DNA from: Candidatus Firestoneibacteriota bacterium
Lineage (GTDB): Bacteria; Oederibacteriota; D2-FULL-39-29; JBDRBU01
Assembly (NCBI GenBank): GCA_043822305.1
Contig: JBDRBU010000095.1
Span: 1 to 27,527 of the forward strand
Direction: 5' to 3'
DNA length: 27,527 nt
Part shown: piece by piece, positions 25,875-27,527 of the stretch
Position numbering within the stretch: position 1 is the stretch's first letter
Layout of the letters: every line of letters starts with the position of its first letter
Notes under the pieces: model-generated
What the model saw: the letters and a program-made list of their open reading frames with translations, nothing else
Database searches by the model: none
What the model was told of the DNA's origin: nothing
Position numbers and translations under genes: made by a program

Positions 25875-27368
25875 CTATTTCGTTATTTCTTTTTCTGGTC
25901 GTCCTTCTAATAACCATTCAGTATGAAACTCTCTCATTTTACCTTCACCAGTAGTTACAATTTTTGGGTCATTTACTCCACCAATTTTAAAGTAGCCATG
26001 TGCTCCAAAATAATCTCTTTGAAGTGCGGATACTTGGGCAGCAACCATTACCGGACTTGCTAATTGAACTATATAGTCATATGAACTTGTCATGGCCAAG
26101 GCTGGAACTCCAGATTTATGAGCAACTTCAATAAAACGAGATAATTTATTAATATTTTCACAAACAAATTTAGAAAACTTTGGAGAGGCTAAAAGATTTG
26201 GCAAATTCGGATTTTCTTCATAGGCCTTGGTAATTTCATCTAAAAATTGAGCTCTTATAATACATCCGGCCCTCCAACCTTTGGCAATTTTTCCAAGATT
26301 CAAATTAAAATTATAATGTTTAGAACCTGCTTGAAGGAGTGCCATTCCCTGGGCATATGAGGAAATTTTTGATATATATAACGCATCATGTGCAATATCA
26401 ATTAACTCTTCTTTTTTACCTTCAAATTTTTCTGCTTTTGGAAGACTTAAAAATTTTGACATCGTTAGTCTTAAATCTTTATCTTGAGACATTTCTCTTG
26501 AAAAAACAGCCGAAGCAATTGTAGGAATAGGAACAAGTAATTCCAAAGCACTTTGCACTGTCCAGGTCCCTGTTCCTTTCATTCTTGTTATATCTGCAAC
26601 CCTATCTACCAGATATGCATCTTTTTCTTTGTGTTTCTCTTTCATACTATCAGATGTTATTTCAATTAAATAAGAGCGTAAAACATCATTTTTTCCATTC
26701 CACTTTTCCATAATATCAGCAATTTCTTTTGCACTCATAGCCAAGGCGTTTTTGAAAAACCAGGCACATTCTCCTATTAACTGCATATCGCCATATTCAA
26801 TTCCATTATGTATCATCTTTACAAAATGCCCTGCACCATTTGGACCTATGTATTCAACACAAGGCTGTCCATCATATGCTTTTGCTGAAATATCCTTGAA
26901 TAATTTTTCAACTAATAAATACGCTTCTTTTTGTCCACCAGGCATAATGGCCGGACCTTTTAATGCACCTTCTTCTCCCCCTGAAACTCCTGTTCCAATA
27001 AAAAGAATCCCTTTTTCATTTAATGTAGTATTTCGTCTTATTGTATCTTTAAAAAATGAATTTCCACCATCAATTATTAAATCTCCTTTCTGTAAAAGCG
27101 GAACAAGTTGTTCAATAAAATTATCTACAGGTGCCCCTTCTTTAACCATAAGCATTATTCTTCTGGGAGATTCTAAAGAGGTTACAAAATCTTTTAAGTC
27201 ATAACTCGGAATAATCTTTTTACCTTTTGCCATTCCTTCCGCAAATACTTTGGTTTTTTCACTTGTTCTATTATAAACAGAAACTTTATACCCCCTGCTT
27301 TCTATATTTAAAGCTAAACTTCTTCCCATAACATCCAGACCAATTACACCTATATAACCTTTTTCCAT
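25875..27368 (-). CDS. gnd: 6-phosphogluconate dehydrogenase, decarboxylating
   Basis: GVIGL.VMG..LALN, YNRT, IIDGGNS, GVSGGEEGA, GHFVKMIHNGIEYGDMQLI, KGTG.WT, GCIIRA, QRDYFGAH. Confidence 0.96.
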   Translation of the reverse strand: MEKGYIGVIGLDVMGRSLALNIESRGYKVSVYNRTSEKTKVFAEGMAKGKKIIPSYDLKDFVTSLESPRRIMLMVKEGAPVDNFIEQLVPLLQKGDLIIDGGNSFFKDTIRRNTTLNEKGILFIGTGVSGGEEGALKGPAIMPGGQKEAYLLVEKLFKDISAKAYDGQPCVEYIGPNGAGHFVKMIHNGIEYGDMQLIGECAWFFKNALAMSAKEIADIMEKWNGKNDVLRSYLIEITSDSMKEKHKEKDAYLVDRVADITRMKGTGTWTVQSALELLVPIPTIASAVFSREMSQDKDLRLTMSKFLSLPKAEKFEGKKEELIDIAHDALYISKISSYAQGMALLQAGSKHYNFNLNLGKIAKGWRAGCIIRAQFLDEITKAYEENPNLPNLLASPKFSKFVCENINKLSRFIEVAHKSGVPALAMTSSYDYIVQLASPVMVAAQVSALQRDYFGAHGYFKIGGVNDPKIVTTGEGKMREFHTEWLLEGRPEKEITK

Positions 27369-27394
27369 AATATATTCCTCCTGAATAGGGACAG

Positions 27395-27527
27395 CTTACA
27401 TTCAAGTCCCTAGTGCAACGGTTTCAGTAAATACTTCTTTTGGTGTATGCCAATCAAGCACTTCTCTTGGACGATCGTTTAATAGATCTTCGACTTTCTT
27501 CAATCTATAAGATGAAATCTTTGAGAA
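27395..27527 (-). mobile_element. Right end of an IS30-family insertion sequence
   Basis: Terminal IR CTTACATTCAAGTCCCTAGTGCAAC (IS30-like ...TTCAA...GCAAC) overlapping the transposase stop. Confidence 0.85.
27402..27527 (-). CDS. C-terminus of an IS30-family transposase (partial)
   Basis: Manual translation FSKISSYRLKKVEDLLNDRPREVLDWHTPKEVFTETVALGT*; matches LNxRPRxxLxWxTPxE...VAL. Confidence 0.88.
   Translation of the reverse strand, partial: FSKISSYRLKKVEDLLNDRPREVLDWHTPKEVFTETVALGT

Noticed and set aside
10080..27204. Numerous short + strand ORFs antisense to hppA, tkt, pfp, island genes and gnd (e.g. 10746-11150, 26752-27204)
   Set aside because: They are shadow ORFs of well-supported - strand genes, with no motifs or RBS.

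Overview
AT-rich bacterial chromosomal window with two converging blocks. The + strand (1.1-8.5 kb) carries a tRNA-Gly/Val/Asp cluster, then radC-yebC-ruvC-ruvA-ruvB-queH-SpoIID/LytB-queA and a lipoprotein. It is preceded by a doubly truncated peptidase C25-like fragment. The - strand (27.4 to 8.7 kb) carries a sugar-acid/pentose-phosphate/pyrophosphate cluster: gnd, HAD hydrolase, LarA-family epimerase, UxaE, PPi-type PFK, transketolase N-half, K+-independent H+-PPase and an ADP-ribosylglycohydrolase. This cluster is split by a ~7.5 kb integrase-less, defence-like island bounded by imperfect 24-bp direct repeats. The island encodes a SNF2 helicase, a short N6-adenine MTase, a single-TRD specificity subunit, a DUF3800 protein, and a PD-(D/E)XK nuclease fused to a catalytically degenerate (NPAG) MTase paralogue. 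Between the last two genes, on the opposite strand, lies a candidate ~85-nt structured ncRNA with a perfect sigma70 promoter and its own terminator. This island is the best candidate for an undescribed system. The window ends in the 3' end of an IS30-family element apparently inserted into a copy of a dispersed palindromic repeat. Several REP/MITE-like families occupy the intergenic spaces. All calls come from motif recognition by eye; no searches were run.
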